A stretch of DNA of 64,000 bases from Felis catus (GCF_018350175.1 NC_058373.1:74400001-74464000), one strand, 5' to 3'. Shown: positions 27,546-53,796, counted from the stretch's first letter. The notes: generated from the sequence alone by a model not told the origin. Numbers and translations are program-made.

Positions 27546-29836
27546 TCAGGGAGACAGGTGGAGTGCAGAGAGAATTCCAGTCCTATCATAAGTGTCTAGA
27601 CCTGTCTGCATGGTCATGGAAGGGACAGACACAGCACTGGGGCCAGAAGTAGGGAGGTATTCATAGAAGGTGGGGATCAAGGTGTCAAACTTTGTCTTCT
27701 GATAGTTTTCCAGAGACTCCTGCAGAGAAGGGAGCAGGGAGATCCTATCATCGTCTTATTCCCTGAGCCCTCCATATTCTGGAGCATGTGGGGTTTCTGT
27801 CTTGTTCTGCTCATCCTCTTCCCCAGCTTTCTGTTCCTTCCTACTCACCCTTCCTTCCCTCTGGTCATTTTCTTCTTCATCAGAGTCCAAAACCAAGTCC
27901 CCTATGGTAATGACAGAGCTGCACAGAGATGGGGGACACACTGCAAGAAGGAAACCAGAGTCAAAGTACCCTTTTAGGTGAACAGGCCCTGAAGAATCCC
28001 CAGGAGAGGAGGCTGGCTCCTGACCCAAGACACTTACCTGGCTTCCTAGCCTTAGGAGGTGATAATGACAGTCTCAGGGGGTCCATGGGGCAAACCAAGC
28101 AATTCCTGAAGTGGGAGCAAGCAAAGAAGATAAGGTAACGGAAAAACAGGCAAAGAATGGGCTGTTTGCAGGGAGAAGCAACTGTTCCACTCACTCTTCT
28201 TTCTCTGAAGCAAACAAGTCAACTGGGTTCTCCTTCAGAGCTCTTCCCCCCAGGGTCTGGGATGGACTCTTAGACTTTCCAGTGGAAGCTGCTCTCATGC
28301 CCGCAGCACCTGCCAGATCTGACGTGTGTGTTTCACGTTCTTCCCTGCTCTCAGGCTCAGATATGATCTGGCTTGGTGAACCCAGATTCCTAAAGGGGAA
28401 CAGCATGACTGTAGGGCGCTCCTTATGGTCTCCCTTAGTGGATGCCCATCGGGACTGGATTCTTCGCCGGCCTAGAGGGGCCAGATTGAAGTGGTGGCCA
28501 GCCAAAGGTTCTGGGTTCTTCCTTGAGGCTAGTCCCCGAGAAAGGTATGAGCTAGGCCTGGCTTTTGGCGATGGATCATGAAGTACTAGCTTTGGTTGCT
28601 GAGGAGGACTCTGCTCCATGGGCTCTGTCACGCTCACTGAATCAGTAACCAAGCGCTCTGAAAAAGAAAATGAAGCTCCTTATAAATAAGAGATAGTAGC
28701 ACAGCTCCATCTGGTTTCTTATGCCTCAGGCCCATGTAACCCTTCAAACAGCCCATCTCAAAAGGTCTCCGGCCAGTCTACCCCCAAGTTCCTAGTTCTC
28801 CCAGATGGTCCTAGTACCTGGAAGTGGCCACCCCATGTCCACACCATATTGGCTCAAGGCAAAAGAAGACGTGATAGAAACTCCAGGCTGCATCCAGCTC
28901 AGCACATCTTGAAGCTGTGGGCAGAGGGTGAGAGGCATGAAGACCACAGTCCTTGATACAACCATCCCACACTCTGCCCTTATTTGGCCCCAACAAAACC
29001 TGCTGTGCCTGCAATGCAGGCAGTGCTTTTTCCAGCTGACACAGGTATTCAAAAAACAGCTTTTCCATGGCAGCCAAAAAGGGTTCCCCATACTCTTGTT
29101 CAAGTTCCTGCAGTGAGGAGAGAAGCAAGTCAGAAGAGGGCTAGGGAAATCAGCCACATAACAGCTTCCAAACCAGCCAGTCTCACCTGCAGCTTGGAAG
29201 CCAAGTCCACTGGGGTCTCTGCTAGTTGCTTCACCTGTTGGCAAAAGGTTTTCTGTGCCTCTGAGATCTTCCTCAGATCCTGCTTTGTCTGTTGAGGATA
29301 AGGAAAAGCAGAAAACTTAGGGTCACCAGGATCCAGTGGCCGGGAGAAGCCACTTTGTGGCACCGTGTTAACGGGAAAGGGCTCGTACCAGGGATTACTC
29401 ACAGCTTTCGGGTCCCGCACTACAGGTCCAGACTCTGGGAAGTGGTGATGTAGAGCATTCAGAACTTGGGCCCACGGCCGGCCCTGCAAGATCAGCTCCA
29501 CCACTACCTGTGAAGGGTACTAAACTCAGAATCTCAGGGCAAGCTGCCCTTTTCCAACCAGTCCCAACGCCAAGCAGTCGGCCCTGTCTGGTCCCCTCGC
29601 ATCCCGCCCCTTTCCCGTCTTCCAGTTCCTAATGGCTCCAATACCTTGGCCTTTAGGCCCATACACAGGCGTTCATGGTGGCGGTAGCGAACCAAGCCAG
29701 GGGCAGCAGCGCGCAGTGATCGCAAAAACTCTAACACCCGGGGGAAATGCTCCACGCGGCGTCCCCGCACCACTTGCCAGGTGGCCGCGGCTGCGAAGCG
29801 CAGAGCCGCGGGACCGGCCCCCGGGGGCGTGGCCAT
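27546..29836 (-). CDS. TINF2: Shelterin subunit TIN2, 9 exons; long form 466 aa as assembled, short form 356 aa (stop at 28193-28191)
   Basis: Exons 29836-29645, 29507-29403, 29288-29187, 29107-29000, 28914-28818, 28657-28195, 28105-28038, 27940-27849 and 27719-27546. TRF1-binding [16 protein letters not shown] segment (dyskeratosis cluster) and LVLDSDEEE. Confidence 0.95.
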
Positions 29837-30470
29837 GGTCGGCGGGCTCCGCCCCGGGGGCAGTCCCTATGGGTTCCTTCTTCCAAGGCGAGCCTTCTCC
29901 ACTCCTCCTAGAGGCGAAGCTTCCGGTGCCTCTCAGCGGCTAGGCTATTTGGATCTGCGCCGGATAATTCACGATCCGATCCCTTCCATAGGTCACCAGA
30001 ATCCTGGAGGTCTTCAACTCGGGATGGAGCCTGAATGAAGAAGCTGGCCAGCTACAATAGCACCAGATTCGCTGTTTTCCACACCGCCGCCCCTGCAGCC
30101 GAGGGCTACCCCACTTCCGGCCCCTGCGGCCAGTCTATCGGCCCCGGAAAAGGGCGGTAATGGAGAACCAATAGGACATCACACAGGGAGACGTGACATC
30201 GCGTCATAAGGCCACGCCCCAACAGATAGGGCGTCCCTTCCGCCCCCGCTATCTCCGTCCGGTGCCACAGCCGATCGTGGCTCTCCGGACCCCCGCCGTT
30301 CTTCGCGGAGCGTACAAAGTCACGTCCTTCGGCAAGGCGTGGCTTGGTTGTGTGGAAAGCGAGGATCATGCCTTGCCCTTCCCCGTCGTCTTCTCCATTG
30401 AAATACGATTCTTCAAATCCTGGCCTCAAAGCAGCGCCAGCAAAGCCTTCCCGGCGACGAGCCACCTCCA
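29560..30470 (-). promoter_or_regulatory. CpG island / TINF2 promoter
   Basis: Dense CpG, CCGGAAGT ETS motif at about 30113-30120, CCAAT at about 30168 and GC boxes. Confidence 0.75.
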
Positions 30471-30838
30471 GTAAAAAATTCGACTGTTTCTTTCACAAAA
30501 CAGGAGAGGGCGCCCGTCTTTAAAAAATAAAGTACTGAGCAAAGTTTGAAAAGATACATCAGGTTGTTAACTTGGTTTTCTCTGGATGGTCAGACTGTGC
30601 TTTTCTGTGTTTGATATCTTTCTTTTTTTTTTTTTTTTGTACCCTGTAATTTTAAAATAAATGAAAAATTAGTTTTCCTTTTTCGGATTTCTGTTGTTGG
30701 CTTACTCCAGTCAGCCCCTCAATGTGATCGACTTACTTGTCTGTCTCCTTGTCACTCTTCCTGGTGCCTCTCCTTTATTTTCATCACCAAGTACAGAACC
30801 CGGCACACAGGTTGTATTCTTTAAATGTTGGTTGAATG

Positions 30839-31054
30839 AGATGCACCTGGGTGGCTCATTCCGTTAAGCGTCTGACTTCTGCTCAGGTCATAATCTCACA
30901 GTTTGTGAGTTCCAGCCCCATATTGGGCTCTCTGCTGTCCGCACGGAGCCTGCTTGGGATCTGTCTCTCTCTCTCTCTCTGCCCCTTCCCCGTCACACTC
31001 TCTTTCTCAAAAATAAATAAACATTAACATTTTTTCTTAAAAAAAAAAAAAAAA
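30839..31054 (+). mobile_element. CAN-SINE
   Basis: Head gcacctgggtggctc, A tail, TSD gttggttgaatga. Confidence 0.9.
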
Positions 31055-31199
31055 GTTGGTTGAATGAATTACCTTCCCTGACTACATTGTAGGGATTTAG
31101 TGGAACTACCCTTGTCTTGGACCATCTCCTCTCTTAGAGGTAGTACCTGCAGGATCCCTCCTTGAGCCACCCAAGGTCATTCTGCTGAGGTGATCCACA

Positions 31200-33750
31200 G
31201 AGATTTCTGGACAGAACACTGGACATTATCTTCCCTTTTAAATTCTGCTCTTCCTCCTGGGCTTTATATTTCTGTTCCGGGCACCTCTCCTCACCTGTGG
31301 GTTAGAAACCCAGACCATAGCCCTTAACTCATTCCTCCCTCCTCTCCACATCCAATCCATCATCAAGTCTAATCAGTTCTACTTCCTATGGAAACTTCCA
31401 ACCCACCCCCATTTTCATTCTCACTCCCTCTTTCCTATTTCAAGTTTTCCTGTCTCTCACCAACCTCTCATCTTCAGTCCAACTCTTTTCTTATTTCTTT
31501 TCCACGTTGCTTTCATCATGAATCTTGTGAAATGCAAAACTGATCATATCATTCCTAACTGAAAGCCCTCTCTTACATTCAAAAGAAAGCCCAAGCTCCG
31601 AAATATGGCAAAAGGATTTTTAATGATCCGGCCAAACTTCTCTTCATCCATACTCCTTGCCACTTTGCCCTTATGCACCTATATGCCAGACTTCATCAAA
31701 TTGTTTTCATTTTCCAAATATACCGTGTTGTCTTACATTTCTGTGCATGGTGCATACTGGATGATTCCTCTGTCCTCCATGCCTCTTGGACTTCACTTTT
31801 TCTCATCTTTTGTGGTTCATCCACCTCCATGAAGCCCATCATAGTCCTCTTCTTGGGATCCTCAATACATCTTTTTATCACCACCATTGTCACACAGAAC
31901 CTATCTTGGAAGGTTGTTGTAAGGATTAAATAAATTAGTAAATATAAAGCACTCGAAACAGTTCCTTGGGGCGCCTGGGTGGATCAGTCAGTTAAGCGCC
32001 CGGCTTCAGCTCAGGTCATGATCTCTCCGTGGGTTTGAGCCCCACATCGGGCTCTGTGCTGACAACTCGGAGTCTGGAGCCTGCTTCGGGTTCTGTGTTT
32101 CCCNNNNNNNNNNNNNNNNNNNNNNNNNNNNNNNNNNNNNNNNNNNNNNNNNNNNNNNNNNNNNNNNNNNNNNNNNNNNNNNNNNNNNNNNNNNNNNNNN
32201 NNNNNNNNNNNNNNNNNNNNNNNNNNNNNNNNNNNNNNNNNNNNNNNNNNNNNGTAAGTACTACATATGCATTGTATTCTGAATGTTTACATGTCCGTCA
32301 CCCCCACTGGGTGGGAGCCTCTTGAGGGAAGACCTTGTTTCTTTCTTGTACATACAGCACCTTGTTTGTATGTTTACAGCTAATACAAACAGCTTCTTTT
32401 TTAGCCTTCTCTTTTACTGCCTTAGAAAACCCCTTGTCTTACAAGTCTTCTTAAATTTGAAGGTTCAAGAAGACAAGTGGTCAGAACTGAGAACTTTGGG
32501 CACATAGTCTCATGGCTACTGCTGGCCCCAGAAGGGTGTGGGCAGGGAGAACAGTACAGCAGAGAAGAAAAAGAGAAGGTGATTGTTCTCAGTCCTTACC
32601 GTGCATAGGAGTCAACCTCTTCGTGATCTTGTTAAAATACAGACTTCTTGGCCTCTGCTCCAGGGATGCGGGTTCATGAGGTTTATGCTGGCACCCAGAA
32701 ATCTGAATTCTTGATTAATGTCTCAGTTGATTCTAATATAAGTGGTCTAGAGACTATGCTCAAAGAACCCCGGGGTAAGGGAACAGTTTCATTCAAACCA
32801 AAACCAAATCTTCCAAGTCACCTGAAGGAAAATTTCCAGGTAGAAGAGAGCTATACAAAGGGTATTGACTCTGTATCTCCGAACCTCAACTTCCCCTGCA
32901 GTTTCCTGTCTCTGATGAGGGACACCTGTCCCTGTATCAGTGGCTGGCACTCAGTTGGTCCTCTTCCACAAACCTGAAACCCGGGGGTTTTCTTATTACT
33001 GCTCCTCTCCACCCTCCACACAGCTACATCCCATCCTTCCCCAAGTCGTGTAAATTCGATCTCCTAGGGACTCCTGCAAGCTTTCCACTCTGTCTCCAGC
33101 ACCACCACGCTGGCCCAAACTACCATCTCTAGCATAAACAACTAGAGTTGCCTTCCAGTCTGTGTCTCTGCTTCCACACTAACCCTGCTCCAATCTATTC
33201 TTGACACTACAAGCAGAGCAATCTGTTCAAAACACAACCTGGCCATGTCATCTCCAATTCCTTAAAGCTTTCAAAGGTTTCTTACTGCTCCAGGGAAGAC
33301 AAAGATCCTGAATCTGACCTATGAGGCGCCTTGTGTGGCCCTGCGCCCCTCAACTCCTCAACTCCACCTCCTCCACTCTGCCCTTTGCTCCTCTGCCTTG
33401 GCCACATTATCCTTCTTTGAGTCTTGCTTACTCTTCCAGACTCCCTCCCACCACGGGATCTTTGCAGAGGCTATTCCTTTTGTCTGTAGTGATCTCCCTT
33501 CCCTTTCTGCCTAAATATGGTCCAGGGTCACCTATTTAGGGAAGGCTTTCCTAACCACCACAACCAGGCTAGGTCACATGCCTTTACTATAAACTTTAGA
33601 GCTACTTACTTTGTCTCATGCAGTTATTCAGTTCATCTGTTTCTTTCTCAGACTGCAAGCTCCACAGGGCAAGAACTAGGGTTGTCCTGTGCGCCACCAC
33701 TTAGTTAATTGCTTGACACACATCATTAAATGTTTGTTTAATAAGTGAAG
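31200..33750. mobile_element. L2-type LINE fragments interrupted by a CAN-SINE (31967 into N gap 32104-32253) and a MER5A-like element (about 32590-32760)
   Basis: L2 hallmarks aaatgcaaaactgatcatatcattcct, ctggcccaaactaccatc and aaatgtttgtttaataagtgaaggaatg. Confidence 0.55.
32104..32253. other. Assembly gap, 150 N
   Basis: N run starting inside a SINE body. Confidence 0.99.
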
Positions 33751-33913
33751 GAATGGGTCCATTAGCCACCACCATGGCTGGACCCTGCCAGTCAATGTCA
33801 CCTGTAAAACTCGGGTCCAAATGTGGACAAACATTCCCTTTCCAGGGTAGACCTTAGAACAGTTGAAGGTAGCCATTATTTTAAAAAATTAACTTTATTT
33901 TAAATAAAGTTCA

Positions 33914-34300
33914 GGGGTGTCTGGGTGGCTCACAGTCAGTTAAGTGACTCTTGGTTTTGGCTCAGGTCATGATCTCACAGTTTGTGAGTTCGAGCCCCCA
34001 AGTCGGGCTCTGAACTGACAGCCACAGAGCCTGCTTGGGATTCTCTGTCTCCCTCCCCTGCTTGCTCTCTGTCTCTCTTTCTCAAAATAAATAAATAAAC
34101 GTTTAAAAATAAAATAAAAGTGCAGGGGCAACTGGGTGGCTCAGTCAGTTAAAGCCTCTCTTGATTTCAGCTCAGGTCATGATCCCACGGTTTGTGAGAT
34201 TCGAGCCCTGTGTCAGGCTTCTGCTGACAGCAGGGAGCCTGCTTGGGATTCTCTCTCTCTCCCTCTCTCTCAAAATAAATAAATAAGCTTTAACAAAAAA
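33914..34300 (+). mobile_element. Two tandem CAN-SINEs (33914-34120 and 34125-34300)
   Basis: Two tRNA-derived heads with CT bodies and aataaa tails. Confidence 0.88.
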
Positions 34301-36194
34301 GAAAGAAAAAGGTAGGAAGGGAGGGAGGGAGGGAAGAAGAGCAACCATTATGGTCTTATCCATAAATCTGGGAAACATTTATAAGTCACATCTTGTAAAT
34401 TTTTGCTTTTGTATTTGTAATTAGCTCCACCTGGCTTACTATCCAGAAAATAAAATCTTCCTTTTGGTGTTTTTACTTCTTTTAGAATTTTCCAAGCACT
34501 CCGTCCAAAAGGCCCAGCCTTCTAGCCTCCATGTTTATCTGGGGAGAGCCCTGCTGTCCACAGGGTCTGCCATACTTCTATCTCCTCAATGGCCTCTTAC
34601 AAAATCAAGTACAGAGGTTGGTACATGTACTCTCAGGCTTCAACACCGAGGTCCGGACTTTGCTCCCTGGGCCAGGGGGCTGTAGGAGCTTCTAGCATTA
34701 GCCATCAGCCTTGCCAAATCAAACCCACTCAGCTGGGATTCAGGGACCCTGATATCAAGCTTGGTTCTCCAAGCCTGGGATGGTCCCCTCCCTGCTTTTA
34801 GGCCTCAGTTGAAGCTACCACAGTCCACATTAATGTTTCCAGCTGTAAATGTTAGGGCAGAAGGAATTAAAGAGAATACTGGTTCTTTACACTGGGTTAC
34901 TGATGCAAAGAATCCACCTCCTCCCTAGTGATCAACTTTGTATACCAGGTGTCCCAGGAGAACCAAAACAGGTCACAAAGACTCCGAGACAATGACCTGC
35001 CTCATCGGTGCTGGGGCACCAACTAAGAGGGCAACTCTAGTGGATTTTGTAAAACCAAGACTCATAACACCTTCTTGTTATTTAAAAACAAAACAAGACA
35101 CTCTGTAATACAGAGGATGATGTCAAGGAAATAATCATATAAACGAATATAAACTAGCAGGAAACAGGGTTCCCTAGTACAATTTTCTGAGGTACAGTCT
35201 CAGTAGGAGTCTGTACTGATGGTTATTACTCAGCTCCCCAGGTGCCCACTGATCTTGCTTTTCTAGAGCTGGTCCAGTCATGCACCATGCATTCTTCCAA
35301 CAAATGCTCCAAAACACAATCCTCCACTGCTCCCCCAAGCCCTCAGACTCCCCATCACCGTCAAATTTAGTTCATCCTCCATTCGACAGATATTTATGGA
35401 GCACCTGCCGCATGTCACAGACTGTGTGAATCTCCCGTAAGTAAGAGAGAGGTGGTCCCTGTCCTCAGGGACTTACATTCCAGTGGAGGAGAGCTAAAGG
35501 TCCAGGGCCAGAGCACAGTAAGCCAAGACACTAGGGATTCTAATGCCTAACTCCACAGAATTAAAGGAGATGCCCCTATCAAGCACCCAATTTGAACTTA
35601 ACTCACAGTAGGACCTCGGTAGGTATGTATTCGCTTCCTTCCCCCAAGTGTTTGGAGAACAGCTGGCCCTCCCCCTTTTTTTGTGTTTGTGTTTTCCTTT
35701 TTGAGGATTTCAAGTATGTTTCAGCTCTAACAAACCACAGGGGACCAGGGTAAAATGAACAAATGTGAAGCAAGTTACAAAGTTGTTAGAAATCTTAAGC
35801 TGGCCAGGTGTTCAATAAAAAGAGATACTATTGTGTTGCTGTTCTTTCTGGAAACCAATTAACAAAATGTTTTGACCACCTTACAGATGCTCAATCCCTT
35901 TCCCCCAATAACTCTCACTTTAAGAAGTTATTTTAGGGAAATAAAAAATGAGCACAAAGATACATGCACTTGTACAAGGATATTTATCCCAGCTCTGCAT
36001 GTAAGAGCAGAACATTGGGAAGACTGAAATTTCCAGCAAGGAGGGATTAATCAAATAAATCATGGCACTCTATGGTAGACAGTGTTTGTTCATTTGTTAT
36101 TAAAAATGTAGGGATACCACTGGAGTTTGCTCCATAAATTCAAAGAACAATTAAAGATCACATCTTGCAAGTTGTTACTTTAAAAAAAAATTTT

Positions 36195-36861
36195 GGGGGC
36201 GCCTGGGTGGTGCAGTCAGTTAAGCGTCCGACTTCAGCCAGGTCAGGATCTCGCGGTCCGTGAGTTCGAGCCCCGCGTCGGGCTCTGGGCTGATGGCTCA
36301 GAGCCTGGAGCCTGTTTCCGATTCTGTGTCTCCCTCTCTCTCTGCCCCTCCCCCGTTCATGCTCTGTCTCTCTCTGTCCCAAAAATAAATAAAAAACGTT
36401 GAAAAAAAAATTAAAAAAAAAAAATTTTTTTTGGAGGGGGGTGGTGCCTGGGTGTCTCGGTGGGTTAAGCATCCAACTTCAGCTCACATCATGATGTTCT
36501 GGTTTGTGGGTTGGAGTCCTGCATTGGGGTCTGTGCTGACAGCTCAGAGCCTACAGCCTGCTTTGGATTCTGTGTCTCCCTCTCTCTCTGCTCCTCCCCT
36601 TGCTCACACACACACATACTCTCTCTTTCTCTCAAAAATAAATAAACATAAAAAACATTTTTTTTTAATGTTTATTTTTGAGAGACAGAGCACAGGCTGG
36701 AGGGGAACAGAGACAGAGAGGGAGACACAGAATCCAAAGCAGGTTCCAGGCTCTGACCTTGTCAGCACAGAGTCCAATGTGGGGCTCAAAGTCATGAGCT
36801 GTGAGATCACGACCTGAACTGAAGTCAGATGCTCAACAGACTGAGCCACCCAGGCGCCCCC
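36195..36861. mobile_element. SINE cluster: young SINEC_Fc2 (+, 36195-36432), CAN-SINE (+, 36436-36657) and CAN-SINE (-, 36658-36861)
   Basis: Three heads; the last two copies are tail-to-tail. Confidence 0.9.

Positions 36862-36863
<2 letters not shown>

Positions 36864-36902
<39 letters not shown>
36864..36902. repeat. (ATT)n microsatellite, about 13 units
   Basis: Direct reading. Confidence 0.95.
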
Positions 36903-36905
<3 letters not shown>

Positions 36906-36999
36906 GCAAGTTGTTGCTTTTAAATGGCAAGGAGCAAATATCTCTTGTGCAGTCCTGTGATTGGCCCTGTTATAAGTCCTGGGACAGGGGTGTGAACCA

Positions 37000-38300
37000 G
37001 ACAGATAAAGTCTCTGTTCTTACTAAACTCACATTTCAGAGAAAAGAGACAATTTAATAAATAAACAAACATGCTAATGCCAAGAAGTGCTTGGCAGGAC
37101 ATGAAATAAAATTGGGTGATATGCTAAAGAGACCAGGGGGCAGGAAAACAAATTAGATTGAAGGTCAGGGAAGAGCTCCCTGAGGAGATGGACCTGTGAG
37201 CTGAGGCCTGAATAACAGGAGGGGACTGGGCTTGCAACCTGGGGGCAGTGTTCTTCCAGAAGGAAAGTCAGGGGCCAGGCCCGTAGAAGGTTGTTGGGTT
37301 TTGTTTGTTTTTAATGTTTATTTATTTTGAGAGAGAGTGCCAGTGCGGGAGAGGGGCAGAGAGAGGGAGATAGAATTCTAAGCAGGCTCTACGCTGTTAG
37401 CACAGAGCCCAACATGGGGATGGGTCTCACAAACCTTGAGATCATGACCTGAGCTAAAATCAAGAGTCAGATGCTTAACTGACTGAGCTACCCAGGTTCT
37501 ACCCCCCGCCCCCGCAAATGTTTTGAGCAGAGGACTGACACGATTGGATTCACCCACCCATTCTGCACAGCAGAGTATCAGAGGGCATGAACGAAGTGGG
37601 GGAAATGATTAGGAGACTGGGGCAACAATCCAGGTGAGAGATGAAGGGAGTTCTGGGAGATGAAGAGGTGATAGGTGGTCAGACTCTGGACATCTGTATA
37701 TGGAAGACAGACCATCAAGACTTGCTGGGAGGGGCGCCTGGGTGGCTCAGTCAGTCAAGCGTCCGGCTTCAGCTCAGGTCACGATCTCACGGTTGGTGAG
37801 TTCGAGCCCCACATCGGGCTCTGTGCTGACAGCTCAGAGCCTGGAGCCTGCTTTGGATTCTGTGTCTCCCTCTCTCTGCCCCTCCTCTGCTCATGCTCTC
37901 TTTCTCTCAAATATAAGTAAACATTAAAAAAAAAGGAGAGAGAGAGAATAACATTAAAAGACTGGCTGATAGACCAGAAGTGGGATATGAGAGAAGGAAA
38001 GAAGCCAAGAGTGACTTCATGCTTTGGGGCCCATGAAACTTGGAAAGATGGAGTTGCCATTTACTGATATGGGGAGGCCGTGGGATATGCTGGAGGAGGT
38101 CAGGAGTTTGATCTCAGACAGTACATGGGGGGCATCTGTGAGTCTCCAGCAGACGCGCTAAGAAGGCAATAGATAAGGGAGTTTAAAGTTCAAGGAAAAC
38201 AGATGCAATTTGGGGAGCCAGTGGTCCTTAAGACCACGTGACTGGCAGGACTCACCTAGGCAGAGTGTAGCTGGTTGGGGGAGCGCCTGGCTGGAGGCCT
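37000..38300. mobile_element. L2 fragments with CAN-SINEs at 37300-37500 (-) and 37730-37935 (+)
   Basis: L2 hallmarks gggcaacaatccaggtgagagatg and ggaaagatggagttgccatttactga, plus two SINE heads. Confidence 0.65.
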
Positions 38301-38954
38301 GAGTCACTCTGACACCCCAAGGCTGAGCAGGGGCTTCAGGAGGACCAGGAGGATGGCCTGGAAGTCAAGACTACTGCCTAGTCTGTAAACATGATGGTTT
38401 CAAAGATTATTTAATGCTGTGAGAAAATGCTCACCACAGGTTACACCGTGTGGGGGGTGAGGGGGGATCAGCATGTGAAACACAATGTTAACGGCTGTCT
38501 GTTTTCTGTACCCGGTGGTAGTTGAAGCTTATTGTTCTTTTCTCCTTTACAGTTTTCCGTGTCTTCTGAATTCTCAACATTGAACATGTGTTGCTTTTAT
38601 AAATATTCTCAGCCAAACACATTTGAAAACAAATATTGGAAAGTGGTTTTTGCTGCTCAGAGAGGACTCCAGCCTAGTTCTACCTCAAACGTGTGCCTAC
38701 AAGAGGACACTTCGATCCTTCTCACCCACCGTGGGTGCCATGGAAGGGAGGCAGTCCCGCCTCACTCCGGGGGCCTTCAGAAGGGTTTTTGGTCAGTTAG
38801 AAGCATCTTGGAGTGGGGAAAGACCAGTCAAATGTTCAAGGTCGTCCTGACGCCAAGCAGGCCCTATCTCAAGAGCTGCTGCGCTGGCAGCAGGGACAGA
38901 CGAACTAGTAGATGGACAGAACGGTTTCATTAAAAACGGTTCATTAAAAAACAG

Positions 38955-38960
38955 TTTATT
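38955..38960 (-). terminator. Polyadenylation signal AATAAA of TGM1
   Basis: tttatt on + strand 154 nt past the stop. Confidence 0.75.
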
Positions 38961-39114
38961 AGCATCTGTGCTGCCCAGTGCAAGTGAAGAGCGGCCCCCT
39001 TCCCAGGTGCCCCGGCCTCCCCACCTGAACCTACGGAGAGCAGCTCTGCGCTGGGTCCCTGCGAGGCAATGTCCTTGCTCCTCTGACTCCAGTCCCATTG
39101 CTCCTAGCCAGGGG

Positions 39115-52459
<13,345 letters not shown>

Positions 52460-53135
52460 GCCTGTGTGGAAGAGGTAAGGAGGCTCTTATCACCCACTCA
52501 GACTTCCTGTACTCAGAACGCCCCAGCTGGCCCACCCAGAAGCCCTCCACCTGGAGAGCTGGTTGGAGAGCCCAACCAGATGACTGAGATGATCTGATCT
52601 TGCCCCAGAGATTCCCCCAGACCCATCCAGGGACCCTCCCCAAAGACTCCCTTCAAACTCACCTAGAGAAACTTCCCACACTGCAGAGAAATCTTCCCCC
52701 TCTTACCCCCACAGCCACATCCACCAAACTAGATGACCCACTGAGAAACCTGCTCTTAAGGGCCCATCCCAGAAATGAGTAGACACTTGTCACAGCCTCG
52801 GGACCCAGGGCACAGACCATCCCCGAAACCCGCTCCCTCCCACCTGCCAGCTACTCTGCCTAGAGGTCCACGAAGCTGCCTGCCTCTAGAACCCATTCTT
52901 GGCAGAGATCCCCCACCCAAGGCTCCTTGTAGGAGATGGGCAGGTGATATGCAGGATCTGGGGTCCTTGGCATTCCCACGTTAGGTCAAACACCCACGCG
53001 GAGTGGCGGGCGCTGTGGGTTCGGGAGCCCGACGTCCCTGGGGTGCAGAGCCTGGGCGTCCGGGGCAGCCTGACCTGGGCTGGCAGGCTCTGGCTGGCCC
53101 ACACCCCACCTTGCCGGGGCCTGCCAGAGCCTCAC

Positions 53136-53280
53136 CTGGCGGCGGTGGTGGCGACAGCAGGGCTGAGTCCGGCAGCCGGGCTGGGACAGGTTGGGACTGC
53201 TGGGACCCAGGACGGTCGAGGAGGCACGAGTGGAAGGTGTGGGACGGGCAGGTAAGTGGTTTATGAGGGGGGAGGGCGGA
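53136..53280 (-). promoter_or_regulatory. TGM1 non-coding exon 1 and core promoter
   Basis: Donor CCAG|GTGAGG at 53136/53135. TATA-like CATAAA at 53265-53260. GC box at 53274-53279. Exon 2 acceptor cag|GCATG at 52461. Confidence 0.7.
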
Positions 53281-53796
53281 GCCAAGCTGCAGGGAAGGGG
53301 AAGCCTGATTGCTTCATCCCCTCACTCTGCGGAAGAGGCCCGGCCTCTGGGGGCTGTCTCCAGAGGTAGGGGCGGGAAAGGAGACCTGGCCGCATCCCCT
53401 TTCCCCTTTCGAGGAACTGTGGAAATGAGCCAAAGCGGGGTGGGGCCGGGGTCTGTCAGGATTCAAAGCTGTGGTGAAAGTGGAAGGCCTTGTGAGACTG
53501 CCCCCACGGACAGACCCCACTCCAGGCTGGTTCCTGCCAGACCGGTGCACAAGGAGCCCCCTCTCCTGGGTGAGAAGACCCCACAGCTGTGGGGCAGAGT
53601 GTCCCTTCACCCAAGCCCCTAGGCAGCGGGCCCCCTGTTCCCAAGCTCACATTGCCTGCCTCTGCTCCCATAAGACCCCGGGTCCCTCTGCCTCTGCCAG
53701 GGTCTGGTACAGCCTGGGCCAGGCTCAGCCCTGTGAAACTGGCCCATGGGCCTGGTCCTGCCCAGGGAGGTCCTGGGATCCGAAGCTGCAGACTGG

